Shown piece after piece: positions 1 to 9,130 of a DNA stretch of 64,000 nt; the first letter of the stretch is position 1; every line of letters starts with the position of its first letter. This DNA is from an uncultured delta proteobacterium. GTDB lineage: Bacteria > Desulfobacterota > Desulfobacteria > Desulfobacterales > QNYZ01. The stretch covers positions 928,001 through 992,000 of the forward strand of contig CAWJQU010000005.1 of assembly GCA_963845145.1 (NCBI GenBank). The letters are read 5' to 3'. The position numbers were made by a program, and so were the translations under genes. Below the pieces are notes generated by a model that did no database searches, was not told the DNA's origin, and was given only the letters and a program-made list of their open reading frames with translations.

Positions 1-7
1 TTCCGGC

Positions 8-1069
8 GTGATGCGCGCGATTCAAATCAGAGAACTTGGCAATGAAAACAAGAAAATGAAAGAGCGATTTCTGACAGGTAAGTTAGAGCATCCTGGCGTC
101 TTTTCTGACATCGTTACCGGCAATGATCGCATGTGGTCACTATTTCAATATACTGAAGCCATCGCTAAAAGTTCTCAGCCTATTTTGATAACGGGTGAGA
201 GTGGCGTGGGAAAAGAACTGATAGCCAAGGCGCTCCACGCGTTGAGCGGTTGCAGCGGAGATTTTGTGCCGGTGAATGTGGCCGGAATCGATGATCAGGC
301 TTTTTCGGATACACTTTTCGGACACCGCAAGGGGGCTTTTACAGGGGCGGATGCCAATCGCCGTGGGTTAATTGAAAGGGCGGCCGGGGGCGCTCTTTTT
401 CTGGATGAAATTGGTGAGTTGGCCGCCGAAGCGCAAGTGAAACTGCTTCGACTGATTCAGGAGCGGGAATACTATCCTCTGGGCGTTGATCAACCGGAGT
501 CGACCGATGCCCAGATTATCGTTGCCACAAATATTGATCTTCAACAGGCTTTGAAAAACGGCCTGTTTCGGAAAGACCTTTATTTTAGGCTAACATCTCA
601 CCAGATCGATATTCCACCACTGCGGGAAAGATTAGATGATCTTCCCCTTCTTTTAGAACATTTTTTTAAAGAAGCTGCCATGAATTTCAGAAAAAAGAAA
701 CCGACCTACCCAATTGAGCTGATAACGCTTCTGAAAAATTATCACTACCCCGGAAATATACGGGAGCTAAAGGGCATGGTATATGATGCCGTTGCGGCCC
801 ATCAGTCAAAAAAAATTTCAATGGAACGCTTTAAAGTGCACATCGACAATGAGATTTCAAACAGCGGGATTGTTCCGCTACCACAAAGTACGGATGAATC
901 ATTTTGGCGCCAGGACCAAACCCCTTTGCCCACGCTTGCCCATGCCGGCCGGATGCTGATCAAAGAAGCCTTAAAACGTTCTGACGACAATCGGACCATG
1001 GCAGCCCGTATGTTAGGTATCTCCCGGCAACGGCTCCTTCGACAAATTAAAGCGATGGAAACCGTGTAA
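8..1069 (+). CDS. Sigma54-dependent (NtrC-family) transcriptional activator, probably 5'-truncated by the window edge
   Basis: Walker A GESGVGKE, GAFTGA, LFLDEIGE, YPGNIREL and a C-terminal Fis-type HTH. The frame is open to the window start. Confidence 0.92.
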   Translation: MMRAIQIRELGNENKKMKERFLTGKLEHPGVFSDIVTGNDRMWSLFQYTEAIAKSSQPILITGESGVGKELIAKALHALSGCSGDFVPVNVAGIDDQAFSDTLFGHRKGAFTGADANRRGLIERAAGGALFLDEIGELAAEAQVKLLRLIQEREYYPLGVDQPESTDAQIIVATNIDLQQALKNGLFRKDLYFRLTSHQIDIPPLRERLDDLPLLLEHFFKEAAMNFRKKKPTYPIELITLLKNYHYPGNIRELKGMVYDAVAAHQSKKISMERFKVHIDNEISNSGIVPLPQSTDESFWRQDQTPLPTLAHAGRMLIKEALKRSDDNRTMAARMLGISRQRLLRQIKAMETV

Positions 1070-1319
1070 CGGATTTTTTCCGACACCGGTTTAGGCAATT
1101 GTTGCGGGTATCGCCGCCGAATCCCTTTCCAAAAGGGTGTGATAAATCGTAACAGTATTGCATTTTGTAACACTGCCTGAAAACTTAAAATATTAGATAG
1201 TTATCACCTATCCTACCTTTCAAAACATGTAAACTGCAACACCGTTCACCATTCTTTTCACATACGCCAAATCACGGTGAAATCAGATATAGCCCTATTT
1301 AGATGACTGAATAACAAAG

Positions 1320-1335
1320 TGGCATGCTATTCGCT
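1320..1335 (+). promoter_or_regulatory. Sigma54 -24/-12 promoter upstream of the MCP gene
   Basis: TGGCATGCTATTCGCT has GG and GC at the canonical spacing and lies just downstream of a sigma54 activator gene. Confidence 0.65.
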
Positions 1336-1386
1336 AAGGTAATAGTCCGTATCGCAACGAAAGCCGATCATTAAAAAATAAATTTC

Positions 1387-1413
1387 TTTAGTTTTTTAAG
1401 AAAAAGACGATAA
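1387..1413 (+). promoter_or_regulatory. Sigma28 (FliA)-type promoter upstream of the MCP gene
   Basis: TTTAGTTT-N11-GACGATAA versus consensus TAAAGTTT-N11-GCCGATAA, in front of a chemoreceptor. Confidence 0.6.
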
Positions 1414-1480
1414 CTGATGCCAGTAGGTACAATCTAAAAGGTAAACAATAATATAACACTATCTGTGAAAAGGATACCCA

Positions 1481-3406
1481 ATGATTAAAAAAATGACGGT
1501 AGGGAAAAAAATAAGCTTAGGATTTTCATCGGTTCTTATTTTATTGGCAGTGGTGGGGGGTATTGCCTTCTATGCCTTGACTGGAGCATCCAAAGGTTTT
1601 TCACAATATCGCGAGATGGCGCGTGACTCCAATCTTGCCGGACACCTCCATGCCGACATGCTCATGGTGCGTATGAACGTCAAGGACTTCCTCATTACGG
1701 GAAGCGACAAAGACCTCGGTGAATACGGGGATTACTACAAAAAGATGTTGGGCTTTCTGGAAGAGGCGCAAAAGGAAATTCAAAATGTTGAACGGGCTGA
1801 AAAAATAGATAAAGTGGATGCTGAAGTTGATGAGTATAATGCAGGTTTTGAAAAGGTCGTCGAGTTTAAAAAGCAACGTAACCAAATTGTAAACCAGGTA
1901 CTCAATGTCAATGGCCCACTCATGGAAAAAACCTTAACGGAAGTTATGACTTCAGCGGATGCCGACAATGATATGACGGCCGCCTTCCACTCGGGTCTGG
2001 CAATGAAGCACCTGCTACTAGGCCGTCTATACATGGCCAAGTTCCTCGATACAAATGATAAAAAATCAGCGGACCGGGTAAATCAAGAATTCGGAAAAAT
2101 GCAGGAACAGCTTAATATTTTAGATAGAGAGTTGGAAAATATTCAACGCCGAAAAATGCTTTTGGTCGTGGCCGAAGCAAAAAATACCTACTCAAAAAAC
2201 TTTAACACTTTAGTAAAGGTTATTTTCGACCGGAACGAAATCATCGCAGGCACCCTGGATCACATCGGGCCGGCCATTGCAAAAAATGTTGAGGACGTAA
2301 AGCTTTCCATAAAAGCCGTTCAGGATGATTTGGGGCCAAAATTAGTGGCATCCAATAATCGCAGCAATATGCTTGTCATTGCCATAAGTATAGCGGCAAT
2401 TATTTTTGGAGCCATCCTCTCGTTTTTCATAACGCGTAGCATAATCAAACCCCTGGGTCGTGCCATTGGAGGCTTGAAAGATGGCGCCGATCAGGTTGCA
2501 TCCGCCTCTAGTGAGATATCCGTTTCCAGCCAGCAATTAGCTGAAGGATCATCAGAGCAGGCTGCCTCCATCGAAGAATCCTCCTCCTCATTGGAGGAAA
2601 TGTCCTCAATGACCAAACAAAATTCAGAGAATGCCAGTGAGGCTGACAGCCTCATGAGAGAATCAAACCAGGTAGTGGCTCAGGCGAACAACTCCATGAG
2701 AGAACTGATTGAGTCGATGTCGGATATCTCAAAAGCCAGCGAAAAAACCTCCAAGATCATTAAGACAATTGATGAGATTGCCTTTCAGACCAACCTACTG
2801 GCACTGAACGCTGCGGTTGAGGCTGCACGGGCAGGTGAGGCCGGCGCCGGATTTGCGGTAGTGGCTGATGAGGTCAGAAACCTTGCCATGCGGGCTGCTG
2901 AGGCTGCCAAAGATACAGCCGGGCTGATAGACGGTACTGTAAAGAAGGTAAAAGATGGATCGGAGATTGTGAGTAGGACCAATGATGCTTTCACCAAGGT
3001 AGCCCAAAGCTCAACAAAAGTCGGTGAACTGGTTTCGGAGATAGCAGCTGCATCCAGCGAACAAGCCCAAGGCATTGAGCAGATCAATACTTCCGTAATT
3101 GAAATGGACAAAGTGGTCCAGCAAAATGCTTCTAACGCCGAAGAAAACGCTAGTGCCTCAGAGGAAATGAATGCTCAGTCGGAACAGATTATGGCATTTG
3201 TGAACAACCTTGCCGATATGATTGGCGGTAACGGCAATGGCAGAAGGCAAAATTCTTCAACGATGATTAAGTCTCGACCCACCGCAAACCATATAAAATT
3301 GGCAGGCCTGGCCGGAAAGATAAGAAAAGTACCGGCTCATCAATCAAAAGAAGCATCAGTCGAACAAATCCTGCCGTTGGACGATGACGTTTTTAAGGAT
3401 TTCTAG
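1481..3406 (+). CDS. Methyl-accepting chemotaxis protein
   Basis: Two TM segments around a helical periplasmic domain, signalling motif [34 protein letters not shown], and a C-terminal pentapeptide-like end (VFKDF). Confidence 0.96.
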   Translation: MIKKMTVGKKISLGFSSVLILLAVVGGIAFYALTGASKGFSQYREMARDSNLAGHLHADMLMVRMNVKDFLITGSDKDLGEYGDYYKKMLGFLEEAQKEIQNVERAEKIDKVDAEVDEYNAGFEKVVEFKKQRNQIVNQVLNVNGPLMEKTLTEVMTSADADNDMTAAFHSGLAMKHLLLGRLYMAKFLDTNDKKSADRVNQEFGKMQEQLNILDRELENIQRRKMLLVVAEAKNTYSKNFNTLVKVIFDRNEIIAGTLDHIGPAIAKNVEDVKLSIKAVQDDLGPKLVASNNRSNMLVIAISIAAIIFGAILSFFITRSIIKPLGRAIGGLKDGADQVASASSEISVSSQQLAEGSSEQAASIEESSSSLEEMSSMTKQNSENASEADSLMRESNQVVAQANNSMRELIESMSDISKASEKTSKIIKTIDEIAFQTNLLALNAAVEAARAGEAGAGFAVVADEVRNLAMRAAEAAKDTAGLIDGTVKKVKDGSEIVSRTNDAFTKVAQSSTKVGELVSEIAAASSEQAQGIEQINTSVIEMDKVVQQNASNAEENASASEEMNAQSEQIMAFVNNLADMIGGNGNGRRQNSSTMIKSRPTANHIKLAGLAGKIRKVPAHQSKEASVEQILPLDDDVFKDF

Positions 3407-3454
3407 GCCCTCCCAGGCGGATCTTTTATGAAAACGGATCCCGCTTGTTCAAAG

Positions 3455-3498
3455 CATTTTCAGCGAAAGCCTGATAATTCAGGCTTTCACTGAAAATG
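3455..3498. repeat. 20-bp inverted repeat (hairpin) between the MCP gene and cheW
   Basis: CATTTTCAGCGAAAGCCTGA-TAAT-TCAGGCTTTCACTGAAAATG, one mismatch. Confidence 0.75.
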
Positions 3499-3611
3499 TA
3501 GACCCGTAATACTTTTAACTCGGGCTGCCCGGCAAAGTGCTACAATGGCTAAAGACAGGGAATGGTTCACCTCGAATCCGGAAAGCTTTTGAAGATTATG
3601 GAGTATAAAAA

Positions 3612-4127
3612 ATGACGGAACAAAAAGAAACGAAAAAAGATACTGCTAAAGTCAGGGCGAATTTTGAAGGCAAGTATTTAACTTTTTCTTTGGCTGGTGA
3701 AGAATATGGAATCGGTATTTTAATGATCAGAGAGATTATTGGTATGATGTCGATCACCGTGGTTCCCAAGACGCCTGAACACGTAAAGGGTGTCATCAAT
3801 CTGCGTGGCAAGGTGATCCCGGTAGTGGACCTGCGGATGCGTTTCGGCATAGAGGAAGCTGGTTATACGGATCGAACGTGTATTATTGTCATTGAAACAC
3901 GGACCACACACCAAACCACACTTACAATGGGTATAGTCGTTGATGCGGTATCAGAGGTTTTAAATATCAAAGATAATGAAATTGAAAACACCCCCACATT
4001 TGGCGCTAACCTCAACATGGATTACATCCTGGGAATAGCCAAAATAGAAAAAGCAGTGAAAATACTTCTGGATATCGACCGGGTGCTTAGTGTCGAAGAT
4101 ATTACTTGTCTGGATAAGGCGGCATAA
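3612..4127 (+). CDS. cheW: Chemotaxis coupling protein CheW
   Basis: KYLTFSLAGEEYGI, VKGVINLRGKVIPVVDLR, GIVVDAVSEV. Confidence 0.95.
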   Translation: MTEQKETKKDTAKVRANFEGKYLTFSLAGEEYGIGILMIREIIGMMSITVVPKTPEHVKGVINLRGKVIPVVDLRMRFGIEEAGYTDRTCIIVIETRTTHQTTLTMGIVVDAVSEVLNIKDNEIENTPTFGANLNMDYILGIAKIEKAVKILLDIDRVLSVEDITCLDKAA

Positions 4128-4132
4128 AATTT

Positions 4133-4336
4133 TTAGCTCATACCTAAAAAGACATCTCCAAGCGGCACGACTGTAACCCCACCTTTTATCGGAAAGGACT
4201 CTTTTACCGATGCTACCACGCAAGCGGCAGCCGGTGAAATGTCATCAAGGGTGTGCCAAAACCCCGTTGACACCTTGGGAGCGGTAGAAGATTTCAGCTC
4301 AAGGACCAGAGTTCGTTGGCCTTTTCTCAAAACCAC
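4133..4336 (-). pseudogene. C-terminal remnant of an AAA+/DUF4143 (COG1373-type) ATP-binding protein
   Basis: VVLRKGQRTLVLELKSSTAPKVSTGFWHTLDDI...VKESFPIKGGVTVVPL resembles the (D/E)xK-type C-terminus of this family. No N-terminal ATPase is present. Confidence 0.6.
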
Positions 4337-4356
4337 CGCTATCGGAAGCGCTAGTA

Positions 4357-4385
4357 TTGACATTGTACCCACAATGTCCTATTGT
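4357..4385 (+). promoter_or_regulatory. Sigma70 promoter with overlapping palindromic operator for the toxin-antitoxin pair
   Basis: TTGACA-N17-TATTGT. GACATTGT-ACCC-ACAATGTC (4359-4378) covers the -35 box and spacer. Confidence 0.7.
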
Positions 4386-4425
4386 CGAGCTGGATCATTT
4401 TCCAGGCAGAGGACCAGGAATTGTT

Positions 4426-4709
4426 ATGAAAATATTCAGATGGAACAAGGAAAAAAATGAAATCCTTGCCCGGGAAAGAGACATAACCTTTGAAGAAATA
4501 GTTCAAAGAATTAAATCCGGGCACAAAGGTGATTGAGACGGATCATCCTAACAAGAAAAAATATCCGAACCAAAAAATTCATGATCGTCGATGTCGAAGG
4601 ATATGCCTACCTGGTTCCATTTGTTATAGATAAAGAAGGGTATCTCCTTAAAACAATTATACCAAGCAGAAAGGCAACTAAGAAATATCTTGGAGGAAAA
4701 AATGGTTGA
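4426..4709 (+). pseudogene. BrnT-like type II toxin broken by two frameshifts
   Basis: Three frames read MKIFRWNKEKNEILARERDITFEEIVQRIKSG / KVIETDHPNKKKYPNQKI / MIVDVEGYAYLVPFV...LKTIIPSRKATKKYL. The stop overlaps the antitoxin start. Confidence 0.8.
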
Positions 4710-4980
4710 AAAACAAAAAAAAATAATCCTCGATGAATACGAAAAGGAAATTTTAGAACTATACGAAAATGGAAGGTTAAAACCATCTAAATTACAAACC
4801 GATTACCAAATAATCGCCAAGAATACACTTAAAAAGAACCGCAAAATCAATATCAGAATTTCAGAGAACGATCTTTCCGCCTTACAAAGTAGAGCCGCAC
4901 GAGAGGGCATTCCTTACCAAACATTAATTGGAAGCGTACTTCATAAATATGCCAGCGGGTTTTTAAAAGAAGCGGGTTAA
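4702..4980 (+). CDS. CopG/RHH (BrnA-like) antitoxin
   Basis: Acidic N-terminus, then KKNRKINIRISENDL...AAREGIPYQTLIGSVLHKY. GGAGG precedes ATG 4702. Confidence 0.85.
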   Translation: MVEKQKKIILDEYEKEILELYENGRLKPSKLQTDYQIIAKNTLKKNRKINIRISENDLSALQSRAAREGIPYQTLIGSVLHKYASGFLKEAG

Positions 4981-5053
4981 ATTGGTCCGGTAAATCAAAC
5001 AATCGGTTTGTTTTTTGTGTAACAAATAATGGTTAACGTGTCCAAGAATCCCT

Positions 5054-5593
5054 TCAGTTCAGCAATACAAAACATCTTACGTTTCTGATAACCAGTTGAA
5101 TTCCATCGGATATCTTCCTGTTAAGCTGAGCCAGCACTTCGCGTTCTCCCCGACTGACCCGTTCACCGCCAAAACCAAGAAACCCGCCTTCCTTGGCTGC
5201 TTTGGCAACCCTTTCCCCAATGCTGGTCAAGAAAGATAGATATACTTTAAGATCTTCATCAAACCCCTTTTGGTTGAGCAATCCAACGGCAGCTTTAGTT
5301 TTATCTATGGCCGATTTCTTCAGTTGATCACGAAGGGTCTCAATGTCGCGCATCTCGATGCCACTGCGCAGGGATTTCTGGGCAGCTTTCATTTCCTCAC
5401 GCGCGCAGATATCGTGTAAAAGTGTATTATCCCCTTTCAACGCATCCACAATGGCACCAGCCGAGGCCATCGCTTCCTTCAAGCTACCAAAAATTCCGCT
5501 TGCTCCCGCCAACACCACGGCAATAGCGATTGCATGGGGCGCATCGCGCAATACCTGCCATTGCTCATCAGAAAAATGGGCTTTCGCTACCAT
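5054..5593 (-). CDS. Conserved hypothetical protein
   Basis: AGGAGG SD and the motif VAKAAKEGGFLGFGGERVS, recalled from an uncharacterised family. Confidence 0.7.
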   Translation of the reverse strand: MVAKAHFSDEQWQVLRDAPHAIAIAVVLAGASGIFGSLKEAMASAGAIVDALKGDNTLLHDICAREEMKAAQKSLRSGIEMRDIETLRDQLKKSAIDKTKAAVGLLNQKGFDEDLKVYLSFLTSIGERVAKAAKEGGFLGFGGERVSRGEREVLAQLNRKISDGIQLVIRNVRCFVLLN

Positions 5594-5788
5594 AGCATAC
5601 CTCCTTTGCTGATATGTGACGAATTTCTTGTGACATGATCCTTAATTATTGGAGCGGGTTGAAAAACCTATTCTATTAATTTATATGGAATGCAGGCAAT
5701 TAAGCCGGCCCCGAATTAAACTGATAATTACGTATCGTATCTATGATACTGGCCAAAATTTTGTGAAATTTTTATATTGGAGGAAATT

Positions 5789-7105
5789 ATGATCAAACAA
5801 ATGATATTCGGGACACTCGTAGTAGCACTTCTACTGTTTAGCGGATGTGGAGATGGTGATATAGAAACAGCAACAGAGGAGCCTATTGACAATAGTGCCA
5901 TCGGCACGGTTCGTCAGTTCCCGAATGTTGTAAAAGAAGAGCATCTACATTCTCACTATTATGGGGAACCCGGCGGTGAGGAAGAAGGGAAACATATTTT
6001 GATGCTTCAAAAGGGTGCCTATGACCCTCAAGTTGGACAAGCCATAGTATTTGGTCGAACTGATCAGTTTCCAAATGGATTGATGCGTAAGATTGAAGCG
6101 ATATATGAGCATGATGATAAAACAAAGATTGTCTCGTCACAGGCAGCATTAGATGACATATTTGAAGATCTTGAAATTACTCATTCAATGAAATTAAAAC
6201 CGCTCCCTATTTTAGACAAAACCGAAAAGAACGTAGACGGCAGTGATGTGATCCGTATATTATACGAAAAAGATGGTGTATCACTTTCACAAAAAAGTGA
6301 TATTATGATTAATTCAAATGAGCTTGCCGCTAATTCTGAAGGGCTCGATTTTCATGTGAACTTTAACGAAGTTGTTCTTAAAGAGGGTGTCACTCTAAAT
6401 GGACACCTCGATATGTCCCTTGAGTTTCATTTTAAATTGAGTTTTAATAAGATATGTATACGTCATGTTTTGGGCCAATGTGTCGCTCATAAAACCGTTC
6501 TGGGACATACTTATTTTTATATAGAACCGAGGGAAAGTGGCCAGGTTTCACTTTCCGCTACGAAATCCGGTCAAATCAACAAAGAAGTTACTTTAGCTGA
6601 GTATTCCTTCTCTCCTATAGATATCCAAGTGGGTATAATACCAGTGATTATAGTACCAAAGCTTAGTTTTATAGTAGGCGGTTATGGTGAAGTAACCGCT
6701 GGAATAAGTATGGGATGTACTGAAGATCTTTCATCGAAGATAGGCCTCACTTACAAGAAAAAGCAGGGTTACTCTAATCATCATTGGTATTCTATAAAAG
6801 ATATCGTCCCTGTCGTAGATTGGATCCCGCCAAATTTTGATGCTACTGGTGAAGTTAAAATTTCTACAGGACCTTTTTTGGAACTTTTAATTTATGATAT
6901 TACCGGCCCAACTGCAAATTTAGACACCTATATTGAAGCAGATGTTGACCTAAAGGCGGACCCTTGGTGGACTCTCTATTATGGGGTAGAAGCAAATGCT
7001 GGTTTTATATTGGATGTTTTAGGTCACGATTTTGCAGAAGTGACGTTTGATATATATAACTATCAAAATATAATTGCTCATTCCGATGGGGCATTTGAGT
7101 GGTAA
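5789..7105 (+). CDS. Hypothetical beta-rich lipoprotein (AT-rich gene)
   Basis: GGAGG SD, signal peptide ending in lipobox LFSGC, long uninterrupted ORF. Confidence 0.75.
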   Translation: MIKQMIFGTLVVALLLFSGCGDGDIETATEEPIDNSAIGTVRQFPNVVKEEHLHSHYYGEPGGEEEGKHILMLQKGAYDPQVGQAIVFGRTDQFPNGLMRKIEAIYEHDDKTKIVSSQAALDDIFEDLEITHSMKLKPLPILDKTEKNVDGSDVIRILYEKDGVSLSQKSDIMINSNELAANSEGLDFHVNFNEVVLKEGVTLNGHLDMSLEFHFKLSFNKICIRHVLGQCVAHKTVLGHTYFYIEPRESGQVSLSATKSGQINKEVTLAEYSFSPIDIQVGIIPVIIVPKLSFIVGGYGEVTAGISMGCTEDLSSKIGLTYKKKQGYSNHHWYSIKDIVPVVDWIPPNFDATGEVKISTGPFLELLIYDITGPTANLDTYIEADVDLKADPWWTLYYGVEANAGFILDVLGHDFAEVTFDIYNYQNIIAHSDGAFEW

Positions 7106-7130
7106 TATGCAAATGTATCAGTAAATTATT

Positions 7131-7199
7131 TGCCTTTTCATACAAAAACCGACGATATCTACGGAATCGTTCCTTTGAGTCCATCACATTGAACTCTTT
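7131..7199 (-). mobile_element. Short remnant of a Y1/REP-associated (IS200-like) transposase
   Basis: KEFNVMDSKERFRRYRRFLYEK resembles, from memory, the C-terminal part of Desulfobacterales Y1 transposases. Fragment only. Confidence 0.4.
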
Positions 7200-7500
7200 A
7201 TCAATCAAGGGAGACAGGGGAGACGCTAAAACTATTTGAAAAAGCAATGTTCATCAATCTTTTAAATCCCCCATCATCCGTTGAACTGCCACTCCAACCC
7301 AATTTGAGGGAATTTCCGAAGCTTCAAGTGCTCGATATCGGCCTGCTGAATTATTTTGGTTGATTTCAAAAAAATCTGTTTGATGCAAAAGATATTGTTT
7401 CTGTTTACCAGGGTAAAATCGCAGAGCATATCGTGGACCAGGAACTTTTGGCCTATAATCCATCGACGCTGCATCGGCTTCATTTCTGGAGTAGGAAAAA
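7199..7500 (+). pseudogene. Internal fragment of a second AAA+/DUF4143 ATP-binding protein with a nonsense codon
   Basis: The frame from 7199 reads YQSRETGETLKLFEKAMFINLL...FPKLQVLDIGLLNYFG*FQKNL...YQGKIAEHIVDQELLA...LHFWSRKK, with TGA at 7361-7363. Confidence 0.7.
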
Positions 7501-7632
7501 AACCTTATATTGCCTATCCATAAACGGTGGATTAAATTTCGTAACAAGGCCATAATAAGTTTAATAACTTGTCTGAATGTTATCAAAAAAGAGATCTATC
7601 GTCTGGAGATACTAACAACACGGAGATGAAAT

Positions 7633-8109
7633 ATGACACAGGATAACGACGCAACCATGCAAGGTATGAAATCCGAACTCGGTGAATATAAAAAAACCAT
7701 TTTGCCTGTAAATAAGGGGCGATTGAAACTCGAAAAAGATCTTTATTTTTTAGGAACGACCCAGCGGGGCTATGAGGTGGAGTATGATGTGGCCTATGAA
7801 ATGGGTTGCACCCCCACGGAGACGTTGCTGATGAGTGTAGTGGGGTGCCTCTCCATTGACGTGGTGCACATGCTCCGTAAAATGCGATGTACGATCACAT
7901 CGTATGAAGCCGAGTTTGACGGGGAAAGAATGCCTGACCCGCCCCAATATTATAAATCAATGGATATCACGATTCATGTGAGTGGAGAGGGGATCTCGCC
8001 AAAAAAAATTGAGCGGGCCATTTCGCTCTCCCAAGAAAAGTATTGCTCAGTCTATCACACGCTTCGAAAAGACCTAAAATTATCGGTCACCTATAAAATA
8101 GAAGATTAA
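7633..8109 (+). CDS. OsmC/YhfA-family protein
   Basis: PTETLLMSVVGC...DVV and LSQEKYCSV two-Cys pattern. Confidence 0.88.
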   Translation: MTQDNDATMQGMKSELGEYKKTILPVNKGRLKLEKDLYFLGTTQRGYEVEYDVAYEMGCTPTETLLMSVVGCLSIDVVHMLRKMRCTITSYEAEFDGERMPDPPQYYKSMDITIHVSGEGISPKKIERAISLSQEKYCSVYHTLRKDLKLSVTYKIED

Positions 8110-8147
8110 ATTTGGGGATCCGGTAATTGCTTTTTTCCGATATTAAA

Positions 8148-8747
8148 TTAACCCAAGACAGCTTCGAGCTGGTCCAGACAACCGCCGTAGAAATGATCGG
8201 CTGATTTGACAATTTCAAAGCGGGTGGACGGGTTCCAAGCTTTGAGTCCTTTTTCGATTTCAGCCGGCGGCGCGATATCATCCCTGCCGCCGGTGACCAC
8301 CAAGGCCAGGCTGTCTATGGGGCCGATATCATCGAACGCAATCATGGAGACAGGCGGAGAAACCATCACCATCTGCTCAACATTCAACCCGGCGGATACC
8401 GCCCGGACGTTAACCCAGGCGCCAAAGGAATACCCTGCCAAATGAATCTCTTGGATGCCGTCATTGCGAAGGGTCTCTACCGCGGCGATAACGTCGGCCT
8501 GTTCGCCCCGGCCTTCATCGTAGCGCCCTTCACTATTACCGGTACCGCGAAAATTAAACCGCAGGGTAGCAAATCCCTTTTGCCGGTACACCTTGCGAAT
8601 GGTATCTACCACGGGGTTGTGCATGTCGCCGCCATAGAGCGGGTGGGGGTGGGTGATCACAATCCCTTTTTGAGATGAAGATGACTGGGTCTCCACCAGA
8701 GCGTCGATGCGTAAACCATCCGAATTAAATTGGCAGGACTGCTCCAT
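8148..8747 (-). CDS. Alpha/beta hydrolase (COG2945-like)
   Basis: HPHPLYGGDMHNPVV, RFNFRG, GYSFG nucleophile, ADHF. Confidence 0.9.
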   Translation of the reverse strand: MEQSCQFNSDGLRIDALVETQSSSSQKGIVITHPHPLYGGDMHNPVVDTIRKVYRQKGFATLRFNFRGTGNSEGRYDEGRGEQADVIAAVETLRNDGIQEIHLAGYSFGAWVNVRAVSAGLNVEQMVMVSPPVSMIAFDDIGPIDSLALVVTGGRDDIAPPAEIEKGLKAWNPSTRFEIVKSADHFYGGCLDQLEAVLG

Positions 8748-8773
8748 ATTAAGCCACCCCTTTTCTCGTTTAA

Positions 8774-9100
8774 CTATTTTATGGGCAAAACAATTCGCCG
8801 CTTATCCTCGTCCGGGTGTGGTCGATAGAGGATCGCCGTGTGGCCGATCGTACCGGCAATTTCACATTGGGTTGCGGACGTTATTTCGTTGATGATATTT
8901 TCTTTTTGCTCCCGCTCTTTGGATTCGATGAAACGAACCTTGATCAACTCATGGGCGGTAAGTGCCTCTTCAACGGTTTTTGTCAGCGCAGGGGTTATCC
9001 CCTTTTGGCCCACCATCACCACCGGTTTTAAAGCGTGAGCCAGCCCGCGCAAGTATTTTTTCTGATACCCGGCCAAAGGTTTCGATTTTTTTTCGTCCAT
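8774..9100 (-). CDS. yhbY: Ribosome-assembly RNA-binding protein YhbY
   Basis: LRGLAHALKPVVMVGQKG, HELIKV, IGHTAILYR. Confidence 0.93.
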   Translation of the reverse strand: MDEKKSKPLAGYQKKYLRGLAHALKPVVMVGQKGITPALTKTVEEALTAHELIKVRFIESKEREQKENIINEITSATQCEIAGTIGHTAILYRPHPDEDKRRIVLPIK

Positions 9101-9130
9101 TATTCATCCTTAATTGTTTATACTTATTGT

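Noticed and set aside
7361..7363. In-frame TGA as selenocysteine
   Set aside because: It is not a Cys-equivalent position, no SECIS-like hairpin follows, and the gene is already fragmentary.
7254..7586. 110-aa minus-strand ORF as a gene
   Set aside because: It is the antisense shadow of the DUF4143-like fragment on the plus strand.
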